Of a stretch of DNA of 64,000 nucleotides, positions 1-13,239 are shown piece by piece. Position 1 is the stretch's first letter, and the number at the start of each line of letters is the position of its first letter. The translations under genes were made by a program, and so were the position numbers. Location of the stretch: positions 310,001 to 374,000 of the forward strand of contig CAUYUJ010000115.1 of the NCBI GenBank assembly GCA_963575745.1, written 5' to 3'. Below the pieces are notes generated by a model. That model was not told the origin of the DNA, did not search any database, and worked only from the letters and a program-made list of their open reading frames with translations. The DNA comes from Prorocentrum cordatum (Eukaryota).

Positions 1-244
1 GAGTTGTCTTTCCCTGTCCTCATCACCCTCCTTCCCCACCTCCCCAACCACCTCCTTCTCCTCCTCCTCGTCATCATCAGCAGCATCATCATCATTCTCA
101 TCCACGTCCCCAATCATGATCCGCACCATCATCACCAGACACAAAAACACCATTCTGATCATCAGAATCATCATCAGCATCAGCACCACCACCATCACCA
201 TCATCATTGGGGGCTGCTACGTCGGCATTTGGTCGCGAACTAAG

Positions 245-880
245 CGAGATTAAGCCGGATGAAGCGGGATTAAGCCGGAGTGCACGGGATCAAGCCAGGG
301 TAAGCCAGATTTCGGACCAGGGCAAAGCCAGAATTTGACCTCGCAGGAGTCGCATCCGAACAAAAGGTAGCGGTATCGGTACCTGTTCTCCTTCTGAGCC
401 CCACTGCTCCCCAGACCTTTCCGGGATGCGCTCTGACCAGAATTTCGAGGCGAATCCAGCGGTGGCGACGACAGCCTCCCAGGAGGCCCAAAAAAGCGAA
501 GACGAGGCACAGGGTATAGCGGTTATCGGTATATGTCTTCGTCTGAGCTCCCCTGCTCCTTGGACCTTTCCCAGGGTGCGCTCTGACCAGAACTTGGAGG
601 CGAATCCAGCGGTGGCGGCGAGGGTTTCCCAGGAGTGCCAAAGAAGGCGAAAACGAGTCGGGGACCTACTGGCCCCAGCCACCAGGTCAATCCAAACCTG
701 GGTCAGTCGGGCTCTGCAGGATCCTGCAAGATCCTGCACGCAAGCCTGGAGCAGTGCAGCCCTGGCCATGCATGACCCTGCAAGACCTGGCGCTCTGGCT
801 GACCCCCGTCTGCGTTGACACCCCTGCCCCAAGGCTCCCGAACGAGGCAAACGGTAGCGGTATCGGTACTGGTTTTTCTG
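245..880. repeat. Dispersed repeat family member with an internal ~155-bp tandem duplication
   Basis: 366-490 and 517-636 share 'tgcgctctgaccagaa..t.gaggcgaatccagcggtggcg'. The same motif recurs at ~42395-42520 and ~61770-61822, and 245-360 recurs at ~4310-4410. Confidence 0.7.
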
Positions 881-3514
881 AGTAAGACGAGGCCAAGACG
901 ATGATAACATCGGGTGAGGATGCATCGGGCATCTCTGAGATCTGGCGGCTCTGGAAGATGCCTCGAGCGCCACGGACTTTTCACAGCGTTCCGGAACGCT
1001 CTGAGAGCGTTCTGGGACGCTCTGGAACGGATGTATGCGCCTGGTTTTCACTTCTCGCGATAATTCTCGCGATAACGGGCGCGGTTGGGGAGGGAGGAGG
1101 GGAGTTCGCCCCCCCCCCGATCACATCACGGTAGGAGGGAGCGCCAAAAAACCTAGGAAATCCCCATAGGGTCCGCGGGGAATCTTTACAAATGTGGACT
1201 AAATGGCGTGGCGTGATCCGGGAGGTGGGGGGGGGAGAGGGCCGATCACGGCCGTTCTCGCCAAGACCTTTGCAAAACAGGCTCGATCCTCGTCCCAGAC
1301 TCGTCCGACTGAGCTCCAGCTCCAGCCCCCCGACAAGGCCAGCAAGAAGCAACGCGCACCGCGGCGGGGCGCTCGGGGCCTCTCCCCGCAAGGGCTGTGG
1401 CCTTGCGGTGGCCGCCCGGGGGGCCCCCGGGGAGACGGCCGTAAATGTTGGCCCTCGAGAAGCCAGGGACTGCAGATCTCCGACGATGCGTTTTTTTCCA
1501 GCCCAGCGTTCTGCGCCCGTTTCGGCTTCCTTTGCCCAGACCTGCTGGCGTCCTGATAAGATGAAGATGGCAAGTTCTGGGCCGCTTCTTGATTGGGCGC
1601 GAAATCACTGGGAGCGATGATTTGGGTGGGGCAAAGGAGGGTGTCCTACTCGGCCTCCAAAGGCCCTCTTCTGGGGGTGGCCCCTTCAGGGGCCCTGAAG
1701 GGCCCCTTTTCTGCAGCCCTCGCTGCCCCCCCATCCATCGCCCCCCAATTACGATTCCTCCGAATTGACCTCTGGGAGCCCTTACCAGGCCCCGGGACCT
1801 TAACAAAAACTACTCAGGATGTAAAGTTGGTCCCAGGGGAAAGGGTCGGGACTTCCAGGGACCCCGTACTGATCGAAAATAAAATCTCATCGCATGTCTG
1901 AGTATTGGGCCCGAGCACCATCAGAAACGGATCCATGTTGTTCTGCGTCCTGGCTCCGTTCCTGAGGGGACCATCAGAGAGGGATCCAGGACGATGAGCC
2001 ACCCCCGTGTGAGGAGTCGGGACCTCCTAGGGCCGCACACTGGAACAAAAAAAACGCACCTCGTCGGAAGGTTAGCAGGCAGCAGCAGCGTCCAAGAACC
2101 GCTCCTCTGGGCCACGCCTTCCCTGGCTTCTGGAGGGCATGGCCAGTGGAGGAAGAGGAGGAGGAGGAGGAGGACGAGAAGGAGGAGGAGGAGAAGGAGA
2201 AGGAGAAGGAGGAGGATGAGGAGGAGAAGGAGGAGTAGGAGGAGGAGCAGGAGGATCCGGGCCCCCCCCGAGCCCTCAGCAAGGCAAGGGCCAGATGAAG
2301 ACCGCCCGCGCAACACCCGAGGCCCAGCGGGCTCCGCAGGGCGCGCTGGGGCGCCGCAGCCACTCCAGCGCGCTCGGGAACGTTCAGCGAGCTGCCCAGG
2401 CCCCCGACGGCGCGACTTTGCCCCCAACGTGGACCTTCCAAGGTCTCGAATCCATCCTCCGGGACCGGCTCTTCGTCCCGAGCCGTTTTTGGACTACCCT
2501 TGAGCCGGGCGATGTCCCCTGGAGACCGAAAACAGCACACTTCCCGCAGTGTGCTTTTCACAGCGCGAGGGGGGCATAGGCAACGCTGAGAGAGCGTTCT
2601 TGAACGCTCTGGGGCGACTTATCTTCATCAGACCTGCCTGACTGGGATGGCCAAGCCGGCCACAGCGATATCGGCTGCTCGAAAGCGCAAGCACCGAGCC
2701 AGCCGTCATTGGCGACCGGTGGAGTCTCTGCGCCGGCGAAGCTGGACGAGAGATTGCAGCGCAGCGCGAAGGGGCTCCCAGCCCTGCGCCGTGCGAATGA
2801 GATGGCACGTTCTGGCCGCGGATGCTGCTCATCCCGCCCTCCCAGCCCTTACCAGACATCTGCTGTCTTGATTTTCTCAACAGTGCGATCGCCCCATCAC
2901 AAACATGCCTTAATGGCTTGGTCGTATTACAGGGGTCCCCTGAAGTCTCGACCCTTTCCCGAGGGCGAGCTTCATGTCCTGAGAAGGTTCTTGACGGACC
3001 TGAGGCCCAGCTGAGGCCCCCACAGGCCGAAAATGGCAGCAACAACAAACAACTGCGCTGATTTGTTCAGAGCGTTGGATGTCAGGGCACTCACGACGGA
3101 GCCCAGGTTACCATGAACCCCTTGTGCTTCGTAGCAAGGGGTTCCGACAACGGCAGCTCAAGAGCGGTCCCCAGGCCTCTTCCAGGGTCCAAACGCAAAA
3201 ATTGTCCTAGCTGCGTGCAGCCGTGGCGAAAAGGGGGCCCCCGAAGGCCAACTGCCGTTGTCTCAACTCGCCTTCAGTGCTACCCCGTAGGACTTCTGCG
3301 GCATCCCGCGTTTTTCGAGGAGCTCTGGCGGTCTTATGCACGAGAGCTTGACGCTTGCGCTCCACAAGAGGTCAAAGGTCCAACAACGACCAGCAACCCA
3401 CCCCCAGCCAGGACCCCCACGCCCGACCTGCTGATCGAGGGGGTCCTGGCTGGGGGTGAAGGTGTCTGTACCCAGGAAAAGCCCCCCCCCCCTGATCACT
3501 TGATATGGAACTTT

Positions 3515-3720
3515 CCAGTCGCGACCGACGAGAACGGCCGCTACCGATTTTGCTTCAAACTTCGGTGTCGCTCGCGACCGATGTGCTTCAAATCGGTTGC
3601 GACCGATCGGTCCGGATCGGGGGCGACCGGTCGCGACCGATTCTGGAATCGGTCTCGATCGGCCGCGACCGATTTGGAGTGCCGATCGGTCGCTGCCGAT
3701 CGCGACCGAAAGAGGTCGGC
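3515..3720. repeat. Cluster of GCGACCGA / TCGGTCGC motifs in both orientations
   Basis: Many 'cgaccga' and 'tcggt' copies within about 200 bp. Confidence 0.55.
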
Positions 3721-4869
3721 ATCCAGTGGTCTGGGTCGGGAAAGGGGGGGTCCTGGCTCTGGGTGGGGTGGGCTCGCGAACAAAACCTCGCGAGAAACAT
3801 CTCGCGACAAAAAACTGGCTTGGTCGGCGGTGGACAAACCTCCCTTAAATTAACCACCCTTGAATGAAAACGGCCTTGGACCGAGACCGACGGACCTGGA
3901 CCCGCAAAAATGACGGCCGCGACGCCCTCTCGCGAACCGAAAACGGCCAATTCGCTAATCGACGCGTCAGGGTAGGAGGTCTACCCACCTCCGACTTGGG
4001 GTGCTGTCCAAACTCGCATTCCAGTGGTGCGAGAGCAAACATCACGACGGGCGTATCGTCGCCCTGGCCCCTTGGGCCCCGAGGCCCTCGCGGAGCGGCC
4101 TGGCTCGGAGTGCGCCGCCGGGAGGGATCGGGTTGATGGCCTTGGGTCTCGGTCGCGACACCATTCACAGCGGAGAGAGAGAGAGAGAGAGAGAGGGGTT
4201 GGGAGGCAACTGCTGGGATGTTTTCGCCAGAGGGACTAAGGATAATTGAGCCCCACTGGAGAGCTGCTGCGCCAGACTGGGCCGCGGATTGAGCAGGACA
4301 GAAGCGGATTGAGCGAGATTCAGCCGGATGAAGCGAGATTACTCTGGATAAAGCCGAATTTCGGACCAGCGCAAAGTCAGAATTTGACCTCCCAGGCATT
4401 GCATCCGAAGGGAGTGGGGGAGAAGGAGGAGGAAGAAGAAGCCAAAGAAGAAGAGGAGGAGGAGAAAGAGGATCGTCCTCGCTCCTTCCGTGGAATCTCA
4501 GTACCGTCCCACCCTTGCTCACCAAGCCTGCTATATCGTCCTGCTCGGCTGTAAGCAGGAAGCGTTCTGCAGCACAATGCTGTCAGTTGTTTAAAAAGCA
4601 TGTGCCATGGCGCAGCTGCCGGTGCCGCAAAGACCAAGTGTGAAACTACTTCGTCGCCCCTCATCATAGTGAGAGACCATCAAACTGCTGACCGCACGTG
4701 AAATAAAAGGCAATGAGATGGTTAACCCCATACCCACGATGATAATGTACCCCCCACCCATATACATGAGAGTTGATTATCCACGGCCAATACGAGTTTG
4801 GTCGGGGGCGCGGGGGCGCGGAGGCCGAACTTCATTATCACCGTGAAAAGTTCGCCATCGAGGTTACTT

Positions 4870-4876
4870 CCTTCTT

Positions 4877-4913
<37 letters not shown>

Positions 4914-4916
4914 CCC

Positions 4917-4951
<35 letters not shown>

Positions 4952-5284
4952 GCTCTCCCCCTTTCTCTCTCTCTAGCTCTCTCTGTCTCTCTCCTGCTCT
5001 TCCTTCTCCTGCTTATTCTCATCTTCCTCCTCTTCCCTTTCTATTATATTTATCTCTCAACCTTTCTTGTCCTCCCCCTGGCGCCCTGAACTTGTTTATC
5101 GCTGTGGTTGGTTATCATGGGAAAACTTGGCAGATGAGCTACCTTACACGAGCAGATGGAAATTTGAATTATCATTAAGCGTTTACAGATTAAATCTAAT
5201 AAGTTTTAAACTTTGGATGTTTGCTTTGTCGTCATCCTCTTCTCCTCCTGCTCTTCTTCTTCTCCTCCTCCTCATCCTTTTCCT

Positions 5285-5324
<40 letters not shown>

Positions 5325-5700
5325 CTTTCTCTTTCTCTTTCTCTTTCTCCTCCTCCCCCTGGCGCCCTGAACTTGTTTATCGCTGTGCTGATTATCCTGG
5401 GAAAACGGAGCACATTGCCTAAGCAGATGAAAATTCAAATTTCCATTAAGCGTTTACAAATAAAATGTAATAGGTTTGAAATTTGGATTTTTCCTTCGTC
5501 CACCTCCTCCTACTCCTCTCCTCTCTATCTCTATCTCTCCACCTCTCTATATTTATCTCTTAACCTCTCTTTCTTTCTGTCTCTCTCAACCTCTCTCTAT
5601 CTCTCTCTGCCTCTCTTTCTCTGTCTTTCTTTCTCTCTCTCTCTCTCTCGTTCTCTCTCTCTCTCTCTCTCCCTCTTTCTATATGTTTCTCCTTCTCCTC
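4870..5700. repeat. (CT)n-rich region containing two copies of a ~140-bp AT-rich unit
   Basis: 'cctccccctggcgccctgaacttgtttatcgctgtg...cattaagcgtttaca' occurs at ~5071-5220 and ~5353-5490, separated by CT microsatellite. Confidence 0.8.
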
Positions 5701-6185
5701 GTGGCCCAAAGCCAAGGATGTCTCAAGATATCCTCGGCTTTGGCTCCTCTGTTAACATCTTTATGCTGGCCTCTGGTGGGCAACTTTTATCATCACACCG
5801 TAACCGCCGAACTTTATTCTCCCTGGGGGTGTATTCTCGGCCGTTCTCGGTTATCCCATCCATGTAACATGCGCGCCCGAAAAAACTCCATACCGATAGC
5901 AGGCCCCCGAGACATACACGAACTGACATCGACACAGGGATTACGCTCTCAGCATGGTGGGCGGAGAAATTCCAACTGTGCTGAGAAACTCTTGGTGCGT
6001 GTGGAATGTGTCATGAGAGGCACCGTCGGATGTATACCGTGCAATTGCAGAAAAGGGGGAAGACTGAAGATGTACACAACGGTCGCTCGAACCTCCCCCG
6101 GTCAGCTGTTAGAGCCAGGTGGCCAGACGGTCTTACACTGTCTCTGGGTGCATGGCTGAAGTGCGGTTCCGCGGCGCGGATTCTT

Positions 6186-6362
6186 TTCGATTGCACGCAA
6201 GAGTGACCCTGGGTAAGAGTGACTTCTGGTGCGCGGGTTTTTGAGGGCCGCGCGGGGTCAACCACAAGCGCGCAAGCCGCTACTATCAAATCGCGCTCGG
6301 CGATCGGGGAACCCACATGGGCCCGCACCCAAAGTCACTCCGGCGAAAGGTCCCACCTCGAG
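6186..6362. mobile_element. MITE family A, short degenerate copy
   Basis: Begins 'ttcgattgcacgcaagagtgaccctgg' and is collinear with 31131-31319. Its ends resemble the TIR of 38796-39527. Confidence 0.6.
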
Positions 6363-6545
6363 ACCCACCCGCGACCCGCCCGCGACCCACCCGCGAACCG
6401 CCGTGCGACCCACCCGCGAGCCCCGCCCGCGACCCACCCGCGATCCGCCCCGCGACCCACCCGCGACGTGTCCCGCGACCCGCCCGCGATCGCCGCGCGA
6501 TATGCCCGCGGACCCGCCAGCGACCCATCAGCGGCCCACCCGCAC
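6362..6545. repeat. Short tandem GACCCACCCGC repeats
   Basis: Multiple 'gacccacccgc' / 'cgacccgcccgc' units. Confidence 0.7.
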
Positions 6546-6674
6546 TGCTTTGAACAAGAACAACGCCTGCAGCCCGCTCGCTGTGTTCTTTCCTCTTTTT
6601 CCTCACATGCTTCGTGGGGTTCTGGTTTTCTTCCCTGCCGCGCCGCACCCGCGACACACACCTCACTCTTCGTA

Positions 6675-6832
6675 CAGCACAGCTCAGCTCAGCACAGCAC
6701 AGCACATCACAGCACAGCACAGCACAGCTCAGCTCAGCACAGCACACAGCTCAGCTCAGCTCAGCACACAGCACAGCTCAGCACAGCTCAGCACAGCCCA
6801 GCACGGCTCCGCTCAGCACAGCACAGCACAGC
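6675..6832. repeat. Pentanucleotide microsatellite (CAGCA/CAGCT)
   Basis: Direct reading of the sequence. Confidence 0.9.
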
Positions 6833-8262
6833 TCGTGGCACTTTCTCGACACCACAGGGGGGGGCAGGGGTTGGTCTCTCAGCTCGGCCGCTGTCCACGA
6901 CACTGGCGCAAAGCCTAGCAGGCGTGGCGCTCTCTCGACACCACACGGGGTGCGCAGGGGGTGGTCTCTCAGCTCGGCCGCTATCCACGACACGGTCGCA
7001 AAGGCTAGCAGGCGTGGCACTTTCGCGACACCACAGTGGGTGCGCAGGGGGGGGTCTCTCAGCTCGGCCGCTATCCACGACACTGGCGCAAAGCCTAGCA
7101 GGCGTGGCACTTTCTCGACACCACAGGGGGTGCGCAGGGGGTGGTCTCTCAACGCGGTCCCTATCCACGACACTGGCGCAAAGCCTAGCAGGCGTGACAC
7201 TTTCTCGACACCAAAGGGGGTTGGCAGGGGGTGGTCTCTCAGCTCGGTCGCTATCCACGACACTGGCGCAAAGCCTAGCAAGCGTGGCACTTGTTCGACA
7301 CCACAAGGGGTGCGCAGGGGGTGGTCTCTCAGCTCGGCCGCTATCCACGACACTGGCGCAAAGGCTAGCAGGCGTGGCACTTTCTCGACACCACAGGGGG
7401 TGCGCAGGGGGTGGTCTCTCAGCTCGGCCGCTATCCACGACACTGGCGCAAAGCCTAGCAGGCGTGGCACTTTCTCGACACCACAGGGGGTGCGCAGGGG
7501 GTGGTCTCTCAGCTCGGCCGCTATCCACGACACTGGCGCAAAGCCTAGCAGGCGTGGCACTTTCTCGACACCACACGGGGTGCGCAGGGGGTGGTCTCTC
7601 AGCTCGGCCGCTATCCACGACACTGGCGCAAAGCCTAGCAGGCGTGGCACTTTCTCGACACCACACGGGGTGCGCAGGGGGTGGTCTCTCAGCTCCCGCT
7701 ATCCACGACACTGGCGCAAAGCCTAGCAGGCGTGGCACTTTCTCGACACCACAGGGGGTGCGCAGGGGGTGGTCTCTCAGCTCGGCCGCTATCCACGACA
7801 CTGGCGCAAAGCCTAGCAGGCGTGGCACTTTCTCGACACCAAAGGGGGTGCGCAGGGGGTGGTCTCTCAGCTCGGCCGCTATCCACGACACTGGCGCAAA
7901 GGCTAGCACGCGTGGCACTTTCTCGACACCACAGGGGGTGCGCAAGGGGTGGTCTCTCAGCTCGGTCGCTATCCACGACACTGTCGCAGAGCCTGGTAGG
8001 CGTGGCACTTTCTCGACACCACACGGGGTGCGCAGGGGGTGGTCTCTCAGCTAGGCCGCCATCCACGACACTGTCGCAAAACCTAGCAGGCGTGGCACTT
8101 TCTCGACCTCACAGGGGGTGCGCAGGGGGTGGTCTCTCAGCTCGGCCGCTATCCACGACACTGGCGCAAAGCCTAGCAGCCGTGGCACTTTCTCGACACC
8201 ACAGGGGGTCTCTGAGCGCGGCCGCCACCCACGACACTGTCGCAAAGCTTAGCAGGCGTGGC
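6833..8262. repeat. 90-bp tandem minisatellite, about 16 copies
   Basis: Unit 'ggcgtggcactttctcgacaccacagggggtgcgcagggggtggtctctcagctcggccgctatccacgacactggcgcaaagcctagca'. Register marks at 6901, 6991, 7081, 7171, 7261; a 2-bp deletion lies near 7695. Confidence 0.97.
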
Positions 8263-9264
8263 GTTGGATGACACATAGGGAACATTCGCGACGAGGGCTC
8301 AGAACGCAGGATTGCGCGCATACATATATATATATATATATACATATATAATACATATTATACATAAGCAAACACATAATTTTTAAATTAAGTATGTGGG
8401 GTTCCTCGGTAGCGTAATGTTGGCCGTAGCGCATCACGCAGCCCGCACGTCACCTCAGGGGAGGGCGATACCCCCGAGGCAAAAATAACGACCTCTAGCA
8501 GGCTCGAAGTTTATACCCGCGCACACAGGCTGGGCGAGAAGAAACAAATGGTGAAGCCCTGCCTGGCGGCACCAGGGCAGGAAAGAGGCCGTTCTGGACT
8601 AGAATGACCCCGTTCTGGACTAAAACGGCCCCGTTCTGGCCAAGAACGGGCCAATTCCAGGCTAGAACGGGCGGGCGCTGTCCCGGGGCAGTCCCGGTAC
8701 AGGACCCGACCCACGACTCCACCAAACACCCAGATAAATATGGGGCACCCCCCTAAATGTCTGAACAGTGCCGCTGCCACCGCGGCGAGGGAAGCAGCGT
8801 GTTGGCATAAGTTAGTAACGCATAAGAAGAAACGAAAGGCGAAGTCCGGCCAGACACCGCAAGGTAGGGCGGGGCGGGTACCGACTCGGGGCAACCCCAG
8901 AACAGGACCCGACCTCCGACCCCACCATCTGACCAGACAATTATCAGTGTCGCTGTCTCCGCGGTGAGGAATGGTGCGTGCTGGCTCTGGCCAGCGACGC
9001 CCAAGATCCTCAGGCAGGCTCGAAGTGGCAGCCGAGAGGAGGCGCTGGGCCAAATCGGCCCAGCGTCTCTCGTGAGCATCCTCCTCCTCCAAGGCCGGGG
9101 GGGGGGAGGCACAACAGAGGGAGCAGGGGCCTCCTCCTCCTCCTTCTCCTCCTCCTCCTCCGTCCACTCGCGATCTGCCTCCAGGCGTGCGTCCGTCCGA
9201 CCCTGAGCTCCAGCCTTCGGAACGGCTGGCAGGGCTGTCCGAGGCCTCGAACCTGCCCACCTCC

Positions 9265-9480
9265 AGTGTAGAATATGCACTTGATGCACACAACAACAAA
9301 ACTGTCGCCAAAGGCGTCAAGAAACAGCATGTTGTGCCCCAGAGCAGAAAACACAGGAGCATCAATGCCACGGTTCCCGATGCCAGCGCCATCACGGCAC
9401 AAGCTCGCGGGCGGCTTGTCTGTTGAACGTGATCCACGAAAAGATTTACCAAAACTGTCAACAAAGTCCCGTCCAGCTCC
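9265..9480 (-). other. Possible exon encoding a hydrophobic (membrane) segment
   Basis: Non-repetitive island between microsatellites reading LDGTLLTVLVNLFVDHVQQ...LASGTVALMLLCFLLWGTTCCFLTPLATVLLLCASSAYSTLE. No family recognised. Confidence 0.25.
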
Positions 9481-9549
9481 AAGCGTGCGTCGGACCCTGC
9501 TCTTTGCTCACAGAAACGGCAACAGGGACCCTCTGCACGTTCGGCCCTG

Positions 9550-10300
9550 AGGAGGAGGAGGAGGAGCAGCAGGCGGAGGAGGAGGAGGAAGAGGGGGAGA
9601 AGGAGGAGAAGGAGGAGGAGAGGAGGAGGAGGAGGAAGAGGGGGAGAGGAGGAGGGAGAGGAGGAAGAGGGGGAGAAGAAGGAGGGAGAAGGACTGAGGC
9701 AGAGGAGGAGAGGAGGAGAACGAGGAGGAGGAGGAAGAGGAGGAGGATGAGGAGGAGGAGGAGAGGGTGGAGCAGGCAAGGGGCGGGGGGCCTTGGCGCC
9801 AGCGGCGTCCGTGACGCTGCGCGGCAGGGGTGCACATACGTCGGTCAGCGAGCGCATGTGGTCGAGCTCGGGGCCGTCGTCCTCGCGGGCGGGCCGGTGG
9901 CCGCCGCCACCCCCTTGCAGCTTGCTACTGGTCGTGCGGCCCGCCGTGCCGTGCCGTGCTCCTCCGTCCTCTGCTCCTCCGCTTCCTCGAGGCCCAGGTG
10001 CTCCTCGTGCCGCTCCTCCTGCTCCTGCTCCTGCTGCTGCTCCTGCTCCACCCCTCGTCCCTCCCCCATCAAGTTCTCGCCCTGCCTCCTCCTCTTCCTC
10101 CTCCTCCTCCCCCTCCTCCTCCTCTTCCTCCTCCTCCTCCCCCTCCTCCTCCTCCTCCTGCTCCTCCTCCTCCTCCTCCTGCTCCTGCTCCTGCTCCTCC
10201 TCCTCCTGCTCCTCCTCCTCTCCTCCTCCTCCTCCTCCTCTTCATCCTCCTGTTCCTCCTCCTCTTCCTCCCCCTCCTCCTCTTCCTTTCCTTCTTCTTA
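9550..10300. repeat. (GAG)n then (CCT)n low-complexity tracts
   Basis: Direct reading of the sequence. Confidence 0.9.
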
Positions 10301-10304
10301 TAAA

Positions 10305-13220
10305 TAACTCCTCCCTGTCGCACCCCGAGGCCAGTTTTTAGGGCGGGCCAGGCGTTTCGCCTGAGACTTCCTCACCACTAATGACCCTGAAGCTAAAAAA
10401 TGACAACTGTATCACAGATGGAGGGCGGGTGCCGTTCAAAGTGTGGCTCTCGCCTGAGCGCCGCGCACATTTTATATCTATACATATACATATATATACA
10501 TAAACAAAAAGCAAAACAAACAAATGCTAGAGCTTCGCGGATTGAGAGCGGGTGGTTTTCAAAATGTGGCTCTCGCCTCAGCGCCGCGCACATTCGTTGT
10601 TTAACACTTGCCAGGGCTTCACGGATTGAGGGCGGGTCGTTTTCAAAATGTGGTTCTCGCCTTGCGCCGCGCGCATGGGTTTTTCAAAAGTTGCAACAGC
10701 TTCACGGATTGAGGGCGGGTGGTTCTCCAAATGTCACTCTCGCCTGAGCGCCGCGCACATTCGTGTGTAAATTTGCTAGGGGCTTCACGAAATGAGGGCG
10801 GTTTCTTTTGAAACTGTGGTTCTCGCTTCAACGCCGCGCAAATTCGCTTTCAAGTCGCAAGAGATTCACGGAACAAAAAAAGGCGGGTGGCTTTTAAAAT
10901 GTGGCTGTGGCTTTTGCCAGGATTTTACGGATTGAGGGCGGGTCGTTTTCAAAATGTGGCTCCGCCTTGCGCCGCGCACATGGTTTTTCAACAATTCCAA
11001 GAGCTTCACGGATTCAGGGCGGGTGGTTTTCAAAATGTGGCTCTCGCCTCAGCGCCGCGCACATTCGTTTTTTTGTTAGTTTGCTAGAGCTTCACGGATT
11101 GAAGGCGGTTCCTTCTCAAAATGTGATTCTCGCATTAGCGCCGCGCACATTCGTTTTCAATGTGCAAGAGCTTCACGGATTGAGGGCGGATGGTTTTTAA
11201 AATGTGGCTGTTGCCAGGGTTTTGCGGATTGAGGGCGGGTCGTTTTCAAAATGCGGTTCTCGCCTTAGCGCCGCGAGCATGGATTTTTTTTTCAAAAGTT
11301 GCAAGAGCTTCACGGGTTTAGGGCGGGTGGTTTTCAAAATGTGGCTCTCGCCTCAGCGCGCGCACATGTTTTTATGCTAGAGCTTCACGGATTGAAGGCG
11401 GCTCCTTTTCACACTTTGGTTCTCGCTATAGCGCCGCGCACATTCGTTTTCAATGTGCAAGAGCTTCACGGATTGAGGGCGGGTGGTTTTCAAAATGTGG
11501 CGTTTGCCAGGTCTTCGCGGGTTGAGGGCGGGTCGTTTTCAAAAGGTGGTTCTCGCCTGAGAGCCGCGCGCATCTTTTTATATCAAAAGTTGCAAGAGCT
11601 TCACGGGTTGAAGGCGGGTGGTTTTCAAAATGTGGCTCTCGCCTCAGCGCCGCGCACATTTTAAACATTTTAATGCTGGAGCTTCACGGATTGAAGGCGG
11701 CTCCTTTTCAAAATGTGGTTCTCGCATGAGCGCCGCGCACATTCGTTTTCAAGTCGCAAGAGGTTCACGGAAAAAAGGGCGGGTGGCTTTTAAAATGTGG
11801 CTGTTGCCAGGGTTTTGCGGATTGAGGGCGGGTCGTTTTCAAAATGCGGTTCTCGCCTTAGCGCCGCGAGCATGGTTTTTTTTCAAAAGTGGCAAGAGCT
11901 TCACGAATTGAGGGCGGGTGGTTTTCAAAATGTGGCTCTCGCCTCAGCGCGCGCACATTTTTTTATGCTAGAGCTTCACGGATTGAAGGCGGCTCCTTTT
12001 CACAATTTGGTTCTCGCTTTAGCGCCGCGCACATTCGTTTTCAATGTGCAAGAGCTTCACGGATTGAGGGCGGGTGGTTTCCAAAATGTGGCTTTTGCCA
12101 GGTCTTCGCGGGTTGAGGGCGGGTCGTTTTCAAAAGGTGGTTCTCGCCTGAGAGCCGCGTGCTTTTTTATATCAAAAATTGCAAGAGCTTCACGGGTTGA
12201 AGGCGGGTGGTTTTCAAAATGTGGCTCTCGCCTCAGCGCCGCGCACATTTTAAACATTTTAATGTTGGAGCTTCACGGATTGAAGGCGGCTCCTTTTCAA
12301 AATGTGGTTCTCGCTTTCGCACCGCCCACATTCGATTTCAATGTGCAAGAGCTTCACGGATTGAGGGCGGGTGGCTTTTAAAATGTGGCTGTTGCCAGGG
12401 TTTTGCGGATTGAGGGCGGGTCGTTTTCAAAATGTGGTTCTCGCCTTAGCGCCGCGCGCATGGTTTTTCAAAAGTGGCAAGAGCTTCACGAATTGAGGGC
12501 GGGTGGTTTTCAAAATGTGGCTCTCGCCTTAGCGCCGCGCACATTCGTTTTTAACTTTGCTAGAACTTCACGGATTGAGGGCGGGTGGTTCTCAGAGATG
12601 TACCAGAACACCATTCCTGGGAACCTCACGTCGCGAATCACCTGTTACTGATGCGACGTGACGACCCTGAATCGGGCCAGAACGCCGTTCCTGGATCTCA
12701 AAACCTTAATGCAAGTCCGACATCATGGTATAACACCATGCCTTGGAAGTTGACCATGAACATCCTAAAACTTGTGGTACTTTCAAAACGAATGTACGCA
12801 GCGCTAAAAAACGAGAGCCAACGTTTGCAAATTAGACACCCTCCATCCGTGACGCTCGTGCTACCTGTGCGACGACTGTGCGCGGCGCTACGGCGAAAAC
12901 GACATTTTGAAAAGGAGCCGCGTCCCATTCGTGAAGTTCCTGTAAATGCTGGCACATGTTTAAACCGAATGTGCGCGGCGCTAAGGCGACAGCCACATCT
13001 TGAAAGCGAGCCGCCCTCTATCCATGAAGCTCTTGCAATTGTTTACAAGGAGTGCGCGCGGCACTATACGGCGAGAGCCACATTTTGAAAAGGAGTCGCC
13101 ATCCATGCCGGAAGCTCTTGCACGTTCTCAAAAGAAGGGTCATGAATGGTGGGAAAGTCTCTACCGCAACGCCCGGCCCGCGCTACCGACGCGCCTCGGG
13201 GTGCGACAGGGAAGAGCTTT
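10305..13220. mobile_element. Foldback-like TIR element with arms made of tandem 50-85-bp subrepeats
   Basis: Left end 'ccctgtcgcaccccgaggc...gggccaggcgtttcgc...accactaatgaccct' matches the reverse complement of ~13137-13212. Subrepeats 'gagcttcacggattgagggcgggtggttttcaaaatgtggctctcgcc.tagcgccgcgcaca' are forward at 10415-12595 and inverted at ~12795-13125. Confidence 0.8.
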
Positions 13221-13239
13221 TCAAAAGGAGAAAGATGGA

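Noticed and set aside
6219..8271. Long ORFs with 30-aa repeats, or a CRISPR-like array
   Set aside because: The 90-bp units are contiguous with no unique spacers, no cas genes are present, and several frames on both strands are open, as expected for a minisatellite.
10400..12600. CRISPR-like repeat/spacer pattern
   Set aside because: The variable parts are short T-rich linkers that themselves repeat with the ~590-bp period; they are not unique spacers.
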